In this document: piece after piece, positions 38,071 through 51,157 of the stretch
How positions within the stretch are numbered: position 1 is the first letter of the stretch
Layout of the letters: the number at the start of each line of letters is the position of its first letter
Notes under the pieces: generated by a model
Databases searched by the model: none
Told to the model about the DNA's origin: nothing
The model's input: the letters and a program-made list of their open reading frames with translations, nothing else
Source: the human T2T-CHM13v2.0 reference genome, Homo sapiens
Assembly (NCBI RefSeq): GCF_009914755.1
Contig: NC_060930.1
Strand: one strand, 5' to 3'
DNA length: 64,000 nt
Translations under genes and position numbers: made by a program

Positions 38071-39023
38071 GTTCCCCTTTTAATGATGTTAAGATTGATC
38101 AGAACATTTAGTGGAACAGTAGAACCTGGTCATTAAAAACATTTCCTTTCATCCATTGATCATTGTTTCTTAGATCTACTTTTTATTAGTTGCAGAGTGG
38201 TGATCTTTCTAAATGTATAATTCCTTCCATGTTTCTTAACTTAAATGAAGAAAAAGTTTTCCTTAATCAGGTAATGGTACTTAGTTACCTTGAAGTGTGG
38301 TTGGTACAGCAAAGTCAGGGTAGATGCTATTTTTTTCTTTAATTGCCATTTCTCAGAGTCATGAGATCTATAGGTATTTCCAGTGATACCCAGTGACCAA
38401 AGAGAGATTTCTCATTTCTCTTCATCTTCTCCTCCCTTGTCCCTCTCTCCCTTTTTTTTTTCTCCTTCAGTTTCTTTAGTATTTATGGATTAATGGATTT
38501 TTACTTCTAGTCAGTTGCATTTTTCTTTTTTTGAAGTGTAGATTGTTTCATCTTTGGACGGTGGGAGACCTGTGTTGCCTCCCTGTCACATTAGTTTTGA
38601 GAGCTACTTAGCTTTTTGGCCCAGTATATCCCAGACAAATCTTGTGTTTTCCTCCCTCCAATCTGAGAATCAGCCATTTTTCCAGTTGGGGTATGGTATC
38701 TAGAGAACTCAGTCTGGGTACTAGATTCTCATTTTGCTCTTGGGTTTTCGTCGAGTCTAGGAATTTTTAGTGGACAAAACTAGAAAATGTGCATTTTGAA
38801 CAGAAAAAAGTGAATATGAAGTATTATTAAAGAAATTAGCTACTTTGATTTTTATATTTGCTTGTGTTCTCATATACTGAAAACAGTAACGTGATTGCTT
38901 TTCATTTTCATACAATATAGACATACACATAGTAGTTTGAAAGTAGTGTTACTGCCAACAAGGCTACCAGATGACACTAAGATTTTTCTGCCACTTTTTT
39001 TTTATCCCAAAGGTGTATAATCA

Positions 39024-39153
39024 TAACTAGGGGTACATGTGCAGGTATCTATAAATATTTGTTTGTTACATGAGTAACCTATATAACAAACACAAGTTTA
39101 CCTATATGACAAACCTGCACATGTACCCCTGAACATAAAAGTTTAATAAATAA
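39024..39153 (+). mobile_element. Tiny L1P 3'-end insertion with inverted self-copy
   Basis: acaagtttacctatatgacaaacctgcacatgtacccctgaac is an L1P 3' terminus; TSD TGTATAATCA (39014-39023, 39154-39163). Confidence 0.8.
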
Positions 39154-39609
39154 TGTATAATCAAATTATTGTGTATCAGGGTTACCTGAAATAAATCTTT
39201 TCTTTGTAGATGTGATGCCAGTTTCATAAGTGATTTTTTTTTTTTTTTTACATTTTTATGGGATATGCACTCTAGCTTACTTGGTTTTGATATCTGTATT
39301 TTCTTTACTAGAATAGACATTTCAAAAGTAATGTAATGCAACAGTAAATATAGACATTTATTCATTTCCTTTTTTCTATCATTGGACGTTACAGAAATGC
39401 TAAATATACCCTTTTAATAATTTTTTCATTCTAGTGTACTCTTTATGTACAGTAATTCTCCAAGCTTCTGAAAAAACCTTTAGTAATTCAGGCAAGCCTA
39501 CCTCAAAAATTAGACCTGAAGAGTGTATGTGATATATAAAGGTTTTAACTTTTGATTATCTAATTCATTTTCCTTGTATTCTTAAACTTTTTCTCCCTTT
39601 CAGTGTTTA

Positions 39610-39921
<312 letters not shown>

Positions 39922-40922
39922 TTAAAAGTCTTTCTTTTTGTTATTGTTGGTTCATTAGGAAGAATTGTTTATTCTTTCTGAAAATTAGACAAAGTGTTCA
40001 GAAGTCATTTCTGAATTCACTATTCACAGAGGCTTACCCTAGGGCCAACCTCCCAATTTTTTCCTAGTCCACTAATTTTGGAAAATCTGCAGTTAATTAA
40101 TGGAAAAAGAGAAATAGTTGTGTGCCAGATGCTATCCAAATTGCCTTTGCTGTCTCATTTAATTCTCTTAATTCTTGTGCATGACCACAGGTGTTTTTAT
40201 TTTTGTAGCTCTGTTGTATGCTAACAGTTTGTTCAGGTAATCTAGAGTTACATATGAAGATAAAACATTTCCTAAGTTCTCCAAGTATGATTTTACGGCA
40301 TTCTAAGTGACATATTGGGCTAAAAATTTTAATTGTGTAATTATTTTGTATTCCTCTGGTTGTGTTTTTTAATATGTGTGACAAATGCACTTAGGGATAT
40401 TTATACCCATTCTTTAAGATGGAAAGTTTATAGCTTCATATTTGTAGTCCACCTTATGTATTCTCAACTGATGAGTTTCTAACTTCATCTGACAAAAGGT
40501 AATGTTAAATGAATGTTAGGACCCTAGTACATTGTAATTGCAGGGGGATTGGGCAGATTTTCATACTCATACATTTCAGTCTGCACTAGTCATTTCTGTA
40601 TGTTTAGACATTCACTTTATCTGGCATTCCTAGAAAATTATTAATTTTTTTGTTACTAGAATTTACTTTTTTTGAGTGCTGGTCCTAACATCTTTGGTGA
40701 AATATTTCTGAAAATTGTTAGTTTTCCCTATTTTTGGATAAAGCTTTCTAAATGTAATTTAGCCTATTCATGATGACTCCTTTTGTCATTTGAGCATTGG
40801 TTATTATATAATGTGCTTAGTAATACAGAGATGCCATTAAATTAAATACTCAGACTGCCAGAAAACTTAGCACATGAATTGACTCATTAAATCTGAAATA
40901 TATTTTTCTCCTCTTTAAACAG

Positions 40923-41141
40923 CTTTAGTGCAGCCGTCATTATCCATGACACCGGAAACTGTGAAAGATGTTGGATTTGGTAGCCTTGTTATACCAGGCG
41001 GTTCTGTTGCCAGCAATCTTGCTACTTCCGCTCTGCCAGCTGGAAATGTTTTTAATGCTCCAACTAAACAGGCAGAGCCTGAAGAAAAAGTACCTCATCT
41101 TATAGACCACCAGATTTCTTCTGGTGAAAACACCAGATCAG
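40923..41141 (+). CDS. SCAF8: SCAF8 coding exon 19
   Basis: ttaaacag| acceptor, CAG|gtaaat donor; (S)LVQPSLSMTPETVKDVGFG...SGENTRS; 219 nt, phase 1-1. Confidence 0.94.
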
Positions 41142-41606
41142 GTAAATAATAATAATAAAATTTAAAAAAAGAGGTTGGCTCTCTGTATTTGGTGTTTAAT
41201 TCTGGGGTGGCATGCGTTTGTAACCACTTCAATCTACAGATGCTGAAATGTCGCACTTTTTTTTTAAAAGAGATCACTATGTCCTAAAATTTCTATTTGA
41301 AAAAGTGGCCTTCTGTTCAGGATAATCTAGATTTCAATATGTTTCCATTAAGACCCTCACACCACCACCCCCTTTTTTTTGTCCTATTGGGACTACTTCA
41401 GTGTGTTGTCAAAATAATACTGCACAAAATCTGTATACTTATAGGAAGATAAAAATGAACAAGTATTGGGTGTGAGTAACTTCTATCGGGAACTTACTTC
41501 TAATAGGTATTATCCAGCTAGCTCTAGAAGATAAATATGGTGTTTGAAAGCAGTAAGTCCTTTTTCTATGGTCCCACTGTTGGTACATTAAGAATTATGG
41601 TTTAGA

Positions 41607-41700
41607 GGCACTTGACCTTGATGCCTGTTTGGGTCTCTTCTAAGCATACTTTTCTTTCCTTTCTTTCCTGTCCTAAAGCCTTTTAAACCTCCACTCCTGT

Positions 41701-41731
<31 letters not shown>
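41607..41731 (+). mobile_element. Short L1-mediated retrocopy (98 nt plus poly(A)), possibly from an ERV1 LTR R region
   Basis: Perfect 17-bp TSD AAGAATTATGGTTTAGA (41590-41606, 41732-41748); pure A run 41705-41733; TT|AAGA target. Confidence 0.88.
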
Positions 41732-41735
<4 letters not shown>

Positions 41736-41929
41736 ATTATGGTTTAGAAAGGCTTTTATTAAAGGTGGAAAATCAGTATAATACCTGACATTTCTGTTTA
41801 ACTTAAAAAGATGTCATGTAGTAGCTAATGTACCTTGATTATTGGGGGATACAAGTAGCTGATTAAGCTAAAATTATTGGAAACTTTTGACTGTTATTTT
41901 GAGTTTTTTCTCTCTCTCTTTTTTTTTAG

Positions 41930-43386
41930 TGATTCCAAATGATATTTCAAGTAATGCTGCAATTTTAGGAGGACAGCCGCCAAATGTGACAAGCAATTCT
42001 GGAATTCTGGGAGTCCAAAGACCAAATGTATCAAGTAATTCTGAAATTCTTGGGGTCCGGCCATCTAATGTTTCCAGTAGTTCTGGGATTATTGCAGCCC
42101 AACCACCAAATATTCTAAATAACTCTGGAATATTGGGAATACAGCCACCCAGTGTGTCAAATAGTTCTGGACTTTTGGGAGTGCTACCCCCAAATATACC
42201 TAACAATTCTGGACTTGTAGGAGTACAGCCACCAAATGTTCCAAATACTCCTGGACTTCTGGGAACACAGCCACCAGCTGGACCTCAAAACTTACCCCCT
42301 TTAAGTATCCCTAATCAAAGGATGCCCACAATGCCAATGTTAGACATTCGTCCGGGACTAATACCACAGGCACCTGGGCCAAGATTCCCTTTAATACAGC
42401 CTGGAATTCCACCCCAACGGGGAATCCCACCCCCATCGGTACTTGATTCAGCTCTTCATCCACCACCCCGTGGACCTTTTCCTCCAGGAGATATTTTTAG
42501 TCAACCAGAAAGACCTTTTTTAGCTCCTGGAAGACAAAGCGTAGACAATGTTACTAACCCAGAAAAAAGGATACCACTTGGGAATGATAACATTCAACAG
42601 GAAGGAGATAGAGATTACCGGTTTCCTCCTATAGAAACCAGGGAAAGCATTAGTAGACCTCCCCCTGTGGATGTTAGAGATGTGGTTGGGCGGCCTATAG
42701 ATCCAAGAGAAGGTCCTGGACGGCCTCCACTAGATGGTAGGGATCATTTTGGAAGACCTCCTGTAGATATAAGAGAGAATCTTGTGAGGCCAGGTATAGA
42801 TCATCTTGGTCGAAGAGACCACTTTGGCTTTAATCCAGAGAAGCCCTGGGGGCATAGAGGAGATTTTGATGAGAGAGAGCATCGGGTTCTACCGGTCTAT
42901 GGTGGTCCAAAAGGCTTACATGAAGAAAGAGGTAGATTTCGGTCTGGAAACTATCGATTTGATCCTAGAAGTGGTCCTTGGAACCGAGGATTTGGACAAG
43001 AAGTTCACAGAGATTTTGATGACCGCAGAAGACCCTGGGAGAGGCAAAGGGATAGGGATGACAGAGATTTTGATTTCTGCAGAGAAATGAATGGAAATCG
43101 TCTTGGACGAGACAGAATTCAAAACACTTGGGTTCCCCCTCCTCATGCTCGGGTTTTTGATTATTTTGAAGGGGCCACTTCTCAACGAAAAGGTGATAAT
43201 GTGCCTCAGGTTAATGGTGAAAATACAGAGAGACATGCTCAGCCACCACCTATACCAGTACAGAATGATCCTGAACTTTATGAAAAACTGACATCTTCAA
43301 ATGAAATAAACAAGGAGAAGAGTGACACAGTTGCTGATATAGAAAGTGAACCAGTGGTAGAAAGCACAGAAACTGAGGGGACATAA
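41930..43386 (+). CDS. SCAF8: SCAF8 terminal coding exon 20
   Basis: Long pyrimidine tract then ttttag| acceptor; open frame (V)IPNDISS...ESTETEGT-TAA, matching the 499-aa ORF; the ORF's first 14 residues are intronic. Confidence 0.98.
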
Positions 43387-44055
43387 TCATCACTCAGTAG
43401 GTAAAAGATACCTTTTGTAAAGTTGTCATCTCTCTGTAATAGATAATGGCTGACTGGACCATAGTTGTTCACTTTTGTCTGCCAGAATTAAGTTAATCTG
43501 ATGTTCATGTTCACCTTTCTCTTAAAATAATTGTACAACTGACTTGTATAGACATTGTTCTTAATATGAACATGGTAGGTAAACTTTTTTTTTATTTTTT
43601 TCTGATAAAATACAAATGTTGGCCCCAGATTCTTTTAACGTCAAGGAAATGAATAACAGCTTGTCAGAGACTTCCTATGGAAGAAAGAATTTTTTAGATA
43701 CTATCATTAGGTTGGATATGGTAATAGATATATTTCAGAATAGCAAGTGGTGGTATATCTTATCCATATCTTTAGGCTGCTGCAGAATTTTAAGGTTATA
43801 GATAAAGCTGTGATATTTTATGCAAAGACTGGCTCTAGGTATTTGAGGAGCACAATACAGAGATTTTAAAAAGTGATTTTGTAAAATCTACACTATGGTC
43901 TCTGTTTCTCCAAAGTAAGTGTTTGTGATTTGTTCCTCATACTGCAGTGAGTAAAAAAGAAACAAGAAAACAACAACATAAATATTAAAGTACGTTTCAA
44001 TGTTGGGTGAATTTTGTTTTTAGATGCCAATAAAACTTATTTGTTTGATAACAGT
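43387..44055 (+). other. SCAF8: SCAF8 3' UTR (to proximal poly(A) site; end approximate)
   Basis: Repeat-free AU-rich sequence between the stop codon and the first AATAAA. Confidence 0.75.
44029..44034 (+). terminator. Polyadenylation signal (proximal)
   Basis: AATAAA followed by GU/U-rich gtgttct...tgtattttttt at about 44054-44077. Confidence 0.7.
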
Positions 44056-44329
44056 GTTCTAGGAATTGTATTTTTTTAACCTATAAATTCTTAAAACCTT
44101 GAATTATTATTAGCATGTGCTTATTTTTTGCAAAAGCTTTCTATCATAACAACAATGAACTATGTGGTGGAAAAAGCATGTACTTTGATATAAAAATCAT
44201 GCAGCCTCCTCAGTATGTGTATAATATCTGTGTATGTTTATTGTGGAAGTCGTGTAGTTTTTTTCTGTTTCTCTGTATGTCCGTCTTCATGCACATACAG
44301 AGAAAATAGAAAGTTGAAAAAGTTTAGAT

Positions 44330-44335
44330 AATAAA
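44330..44335 (+). terminator. Candidate second polyadenylation signal
   Basis: AATAAA preceded by several TGTA (CFIm) motifs at 44181-44280. Confidence 0.45.
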
Positions 44336-46660
44336 ATATTCTTTTAAATCTGGTAGAATATTGGAGAAATCTGGCTAATTAACATGGGTTATAGTTAAAG
44401 CTCTTGGTCTTGATGAAGGTAAAATAAGAGATATTATAAAGAGATACACTGGTAGTTTGGCAGTTCTATTTTTAATATAGGTAAGCATGAAGCCAGAGTT
44501 AGCATGGAGCCAAATTTCACATAAATGCTTGCATTGCTTTGTTTCACACTATATTTGCTATTCTGCGTAGATAGTACTGACACTAAAGTACTCACTGGTC
44601 ACGTGCCTGAAGTTAATTTCTTAATTGCACAAAATGTGTAGTGGTGCTGGTGGACTTAAAGACATTAATGTGTATACCAGGAACATAATACCCATCATGT
44701 GTTTTGTAGGGCTCTGGGTAACACTGTAGCCTGCAAGGTAAACTGAGTAGGGAAAAAAGTAGGGGTTGGCTTCCTGTTTGTTTTTGCTTTTGCTTTTAAT
44801 TTTTATTTGCTATTTGTTCTCTTTTAGGTTTTACTTATATACACAGATATAAAACCATTGGTGTTTTTTAGTTTCTAATGGAAGGCTTTTATTTGGTTCT
44901 ATGAGTAGTCATTTTGTTTCCAATGCCTTACCAGCAATTTATCATTTGCTCTGTTTATCTAAAATTTCTAAGCAAAGATAGCTCCAAAAAATGATAGAAC
45001 ACACCAGACATTTAAAATTGGATTGGTCTTGCCTACCTCTGATGACCTAGAGAGCTATAAGAACTTTAAGGTTCCTCATCAAAAATGAAAGACTTCTTAT
45101 AAGTTCTGAACAGGGATAGTACAGTATTTATTTTGTTATTTAGAAAAGTAAAGAGTAAAAATATTTCAATGGTATTTACTTCCAAGGTAATTCAGTTCAA
45201 TCAGTAATTTGAATTGGTTTCAACTCTTTTTTCCTTAGGGTAATGAGGAAAAACTATTACATGGGTACAAAGTTTTAATGTTCAGGAAATATTGGCCTTG
45301 CCCTTAAGGAAATTATATTGGCTGAGATTTCTCTCAAACTAGTTTGTTTAGCATTATTAAAATTAAGTGACAGTCACTTGGATTAAATAGCGATAAAAAG
45401 CATGAGACTTTCTAGTGATTTTTGATGCCAAGCTTCTTATCACTGTTGGGCCTTCACGTGTGTACTTGAAAAAAAAAAATGTACAAGCATTGCACTGGTT
45501 TGAAGATTCTAGTAGTGAAAGTTACCTAACCAGTTATCGGTACTGTATCTAGAAACCAATCTTGGAAATGTGTGATGACACTCTTTTAAAATAGTTAAAA
45601 GAAATTATCATGTGCTCGTTCTTTGTCCTTGTTTTTTGTTGTATAGAATTTAAGTGAAAAGAGATTATCCTCATTCAGAATTTTCAAAAGTCATAATTGC
45701 ATTTGCCATTTTTTAAATGATGGAGAGAAAAGTTAATTATCTTACTTTGATAAATTTGGCATAGGACCTATCACATTTTTTATGCTTTTGGTCACAGTTC
45801 TGTCACTAGAATACTAGCAATTAGAAATGTGCAAGGAGTAACCTAACCACTTTAATACATTGGTTTGAAGTGTTGCAAGCAGTGATAACTAGACACCAAA
45901 TCATGTAGTGTTTTAATTTGTGACATGTTAGAATGATATGCCTTTCTGCAGTATTAGCGAACAGAACCACTAATTCTTAAATTTTTATCTGTATTTAAAC
46001 ATTTCATTAAACATTAGCTTGTGTTCTTAGCATAAATGCATGCACTGATAGAAACTTAGTTTACAGCAGAGTAATCTGCATCATATGTTCCTTTATTTTA
46101 ATTTTATTTCAATAAAGGGTAGACAAATAATTTGAAAGTATTGGAAGATGAAAATACTAGAAGTATGAAATTACTTAAAACTCTGGAAGTAACTCCATAT
46201 AATATTTAATAGATAAAAATGCATTCATTATTTAAGCTATTGCATTCTTACCAGACCAGTTCCTTTTGTCCTGAGAGTTTAGTTTCTTCATTAAATTTAT
46301 TTGCCATTTTTCACTCATATAAAAGATTATAGTTTAAGGAGCCACACATTTAGGGTTGTTTGGGGGTTAGGGGACGTTTTGTAAATTTAAAAAGGAGAAG
46401 TCATCTTTTTAATTTGAAAAAGTGCTTTTTAAATAAACACTGTATTTCGTGGGATATAAGGTGCCATTGATTGTAAGAAACACCATTCAGAAATAGAAAA
46501 TACTTCTAATATGACATGCTAGTGTTTATAGATACATTCCTAATTCAGAGATAAACGTGAAGTTTCCTAGTATCAAATAAATACAATATTTATTATTGAA
46601 ATGGACTTTCAGTTTAGTGAGAATATATGAACATTACTGTTAATCAGTTAATTTGAATAA

Positions 46661-46989
<329 letters not shown>

Positions 46990-49610
46990 AGTCTAAACTT
47001 TCGTACGCACACACACACACACACATATCACCTCAAGTGATTTAGAGAATATTTTGTTTTTCTTCACTATTATGTCTAATATATATATGATATCTAATAA
47101 GCTTTCTGTTCTGTGTATATATATTAGATATCTAACAAATATATATCTAACAGATTATATTATATATATATATGATGGGCACAACCTTTAATGAACAAGA
47201 AGATTCTCATATTAAAACTTTGTTATACCTTATGTGCCTTCATCATCATTACTTTATTGGGTGCTATATTAATAAAATACTTGGCTTTTAACTTACAAAG
47301 AAAACTAACATATTTCTCTTTAAAAATATTTTACTTACATAATATATAGAAAGGCAAGTATCTTTATATTCATTAGGCAAAATAAAGGTCTAAATTATTT
47401 TAAGTAGTCATACTATGGTGTGGCAGAGAATTATAAATCTTAATATTGTTCATGCTGTGGTTTCATATATGATATCTTTTAAACTAACAAATTGTAGACA
47501 CTGAAAATTTATTACTTCTGAAGAGAAATATTGATTATTATAATTTTTAATGGAAGATTTAAAAACAAGATATCTTGATATCCAGCAAAACTTTCTAAAA
47601 CTAGAACTTAAAATTAAGGGCCCAGATTGTTTGTTTTTTTTTTTTTTTGGTGGAAAGGCATACTTTAAATATGGGCACATAAATATTGAAAGCAATTTGA
47701 GATGTCCCCTCTCTCTGGTTCCCAGGCAGGAAATGTATAACAGAAACACCTGTGGAGCTCTCTGAAAATATTTTGGTGGGGGTATGGGGAGTAGAGGGTG
47801 GTCACCACAGAGTTACTAATACAGAATCTCCTGAGGGTGATATATATATAAAATATATGCATACATGCACCTTCCTGTGTATATATGGTTTTTTAAATCC
47901 CCACATACCACCATTTCAGATATATTAAAATATGTACATCTTTATTATACCATACTCTTGAGATTCTTAAGATTTTTAAAAATCCAAATATTTTAGTTAC
48001 ATGAGATTATGTTTAGTGTTTCAACAAAGCATGCAGTTAACTGTGGCAGTTGGTGTTGGAGGATGATTCAAAAGTAGAGAAGTCAGTTATCACAGCTTAA
48101 ATTTAAGCGTTAATCTAAAGATGAGTTATAGGAAGAAAGGGATGGCAGGAAGCATATGAGATGGTTTTGTAGGGAAGTATTTTTTTTTTTATGCAAGTGA
48201 AACTTGTTCATGGATTATTACCTCAAGGAAAATTTACTTGATACATGTAATTAAGTGTTTTGATTATAGAAAGAATCTCTTTGGACCAATATTGTAGGTG
48301 TTCAGGGTCTAGAAGCAATGTTATTAGTAAGACTCCTTAGATGTGCATGTCAAAACTAATGCAAATCAGTGAATTATTTGTGCATGAGCTTTGCTTAGGC
48401 ATTTTTCATCCCCTCCACTTAAGTTCCTCCTTTTTCATCAGGCTCTTTTGCTCCCATATGTATACTTAGAATGACTCGGGCTTCTTGTTCTAAAGTTTAT
48501 TCAAGATACAGAACAAATATTCTAAGTAATTTGTAAAATATATATTGTATATCAAGGGATAGAATTGTGCTAATGGGCTAATTTCATATTGTATGGGAGA
48601 CATTAGATGCCTCAGTTAATTGAGGGTGTTTTTGCGTGGAGCTCAATAGATAGTTCAAGTATATTGTATTTGAATCGCAATGGTGGAAATATAGCACCTG
48701 GTTGTCCTGTGTTCTTTGTTCCCTACCCTCTCCCCCGACTTCCATCCCCACCCCTGTGGGCAGCTATCATTGTTTTGTTTTATTTTTCTGCCTTTCTCAG
48801 AATTAGCCTCCAAATCCTTCTCATAGAGCACTCCAGGCTCCTTTTTGACCCCATCATTCCAGGCAGGGACCATCAATTGGATTTGTTGTTTGCATTGAAA
48901 GTCATTTGCTGCCCCTTCACTAAGTGATTATTTCTGACATCACTTCTAGCATTTAATTACCTCAAGTCTATGAAATAAGCTTTCTTTTCTGTAAACGACC
49001 AGTTGAGGAAGAAAACTAAGAGGAATGGAAAGACTTAACATTATTGGAACACTTTTAAAAATAGCACAAATTTTATTGCCCTTGGGTTTTTAAAACTGCC
49101 TTTAACAATAGCTAGATGTGTGGCTTTGGACAAGTTACTGAGCCTCTAAACATCGTTTGTTATTAGCTAATCTGAAGGGGTAAATTTTCATTATTAAAGA
49201 TAATATTAGCTAATACTAAATGGACACATGCTCTGTGACAGGAACTGGAATAATTGTATTACCTGCACAATATAATCCTTACGACAGTCCTATAAGGTAC
49301 TTATTACTTCACTATTTTTCTGAAGAGAAACCCAAGACACAGATTTAAGTTACTTTGCAGACTCACTGTAGTGAAGATTTAAACACTGTGTACCAGATTC
49401 AAAAATTAGTGTGTACCATCAGATAAAGTGCCTGACATGATAGAGGCTCACCAGATATTAGGCAATGTATATGCAGAAAAACATAACCCAACCAGCCATA
49501 TGTTTATAGCCACAGTTAACCACTAAATTGTTTCCATTGTTACAAACATATATCGGGCTATCTCCTTTTCCTATGGCTAAATAATTAAGTTTGATTTTCT
49601 TAGATCTCCC

Positions 49611-49815
49611 TTTCTTCTTTTTCTTTTTCTTTTTTGTTTTCTTTCTTGAGATGGGATCTCGCTCTGTCATCCAGGCTGGAGTGCAGTGGTGCGATCATAG
49701 CTCACTGCAGCCTTGAACTCTTCCTGGGCTCAAGTGATCCCTTCTGCCTCTGCCTCCGCCTCCACCTCCCAACATGCTGGGATTATAGGTGTGAGCCCCT
49801 ATAGGCACCTGGCCC
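49611..49815 (-). mobile_element. Alu right-arm monomer or partial AluJ
   Basis: Single antisense arm with T-rich tail. Confidence 0.8.
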
Positions 49816-51157
49816 GTATTTGCATGATTGGTTTTTTTTTTCCTTAAGGTTATACCATGGCATAATATTTTTAAATTTCTTAATAACTGGCTATTTTGGA
49901 GGCAGACATTTATGTTAAGATTTCTTTTTGAATACGCTTTTTCCTGCAAATTAAATAAAATTTAAAATTCCTTATATCTTTTAAAATGCTTTGTAAAGCA
50001 GAGCCAGTGATTGCTTACAAATTTATATTTTAGGATTTGGTTTTGGCAGCTTCTTTCCAAAATTTAACATTTATACACTGCATGTATAACTAAAACTTAG
50101 TACCATTTTCTTGTGCATAAAACTCCTATTTTAGGAATATTCCATGGCTTGAATTAAACAATGTGTAAAGTTATTTTTACACGTAGTAAGCATTTAGTGC
50201 TAGTGTTTACTCACCACTTCCATTCATATGAAGAGTTTAGAAACTAATCTTTGTCCTTAGCGGCAGTGGATAATTTACAGTACTTTTACCTTATTAGAAT
50301 ATATAACCTGATTTTGTTGTTTTTTTTTTAAGTCTTCTATTCAAGTCACTAAACTTTATATTCATATAAGGTTTAATCCACAGCATGTCATGATGCTGGC
50401 CTTTGATAACTTTTTTCAAGAGTCCTTGGACAGATGACTGTGACCATTGTGGCCATATTCTTACCTAATCCACACATTGGAGAACGTGTTTATCAAGTTT
50501 ATGAGTTATATTTCCACTAATCTTCGTAAAAGTAATTATCTTGCTTATTATTACATGAAATAAATGTTGCACGTGAACAAGCATTTTTTAATAATGAGTC
50601 TGTTTATTACTGAACTAAGTTTATACGTTAGCAAGGGTTTCAGTAAAATAAGATTTGTGTTAAATAATCTTCAGAAGTGGTATTCTGTGGTGATAAAAAT
50701 TGCTTTAGGGTTGCATTTATATCGCTGCGGTCATACCAAGGGTCAGGATATAGGTTTTTAGTTGGCAAAACCATCAAGGACTCCATTTAGAAGGGTATTT
50801 TTAATAAAATTTATTGAGTATTTTAATTACAGCCCTCTGCTTTCATGTATTTTTGCTAGCAAAATAGTCTTTGACCATAGGTTTAATGCACTCTCACTAC
50901 AAGGAGAGAAGGGTTTTGAGGGTGGAGAGACTTGAACCTGTAGTGTGGCAGGCATTCTACAAAATATATTTTCAGAAATACCCTATGGGGTAGGCTTTGT
51001 TATCTTTTCTTTACAAGTGAAGAGGCGAACTCAAAAGATGCCTATGGTTGGTTACACAGCTTTTGATTTGCATAGGTATTCGAACCCAGGTTTTGCTGAC
51101 TTCAATGCTTTACCTTAAAAGATGCTTTTTTAGAATGGTAGATGTTAATAGATGGTC

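Noticed and set aside
41874-42206. Antisense 110-aa ORF with periodic PELL/FGG motifs
   Set aside because: Shadow of the sense 42-nt repeat in SCAF8 exon 20
41953-42288. Regular 42-nt periodicity considered as a CRISPR-like array
   Set aside because: Degenerate in-frame protein repeat without identical repeats, unique spacers or cas genes; eukaryotic context
42806-43472. Overlapping alternative-frame and antisense ORFs in exon 20
   Set aside because: Short, expected by chance in coding DNA, no splice or start context
46440-46587. Possible TcMar-Tc2 (MER104/Kanga-like) remnant with actgtattt...aaatacaat ends
   Set aside because: Too decayed to call without a Dfam search
47070-47175. Quasi-palindromic (TA)-rich tract
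   Set aside because: Low-complexity sequence; symmetry follows trivially from TA repeats
48607-48927. 106-aa hydrophobic non-Alu ORF downstream of SCAF8
   Set aside because: No recognisable homology, promoter or exon structure; T-rich composition explains the hydrophobicity
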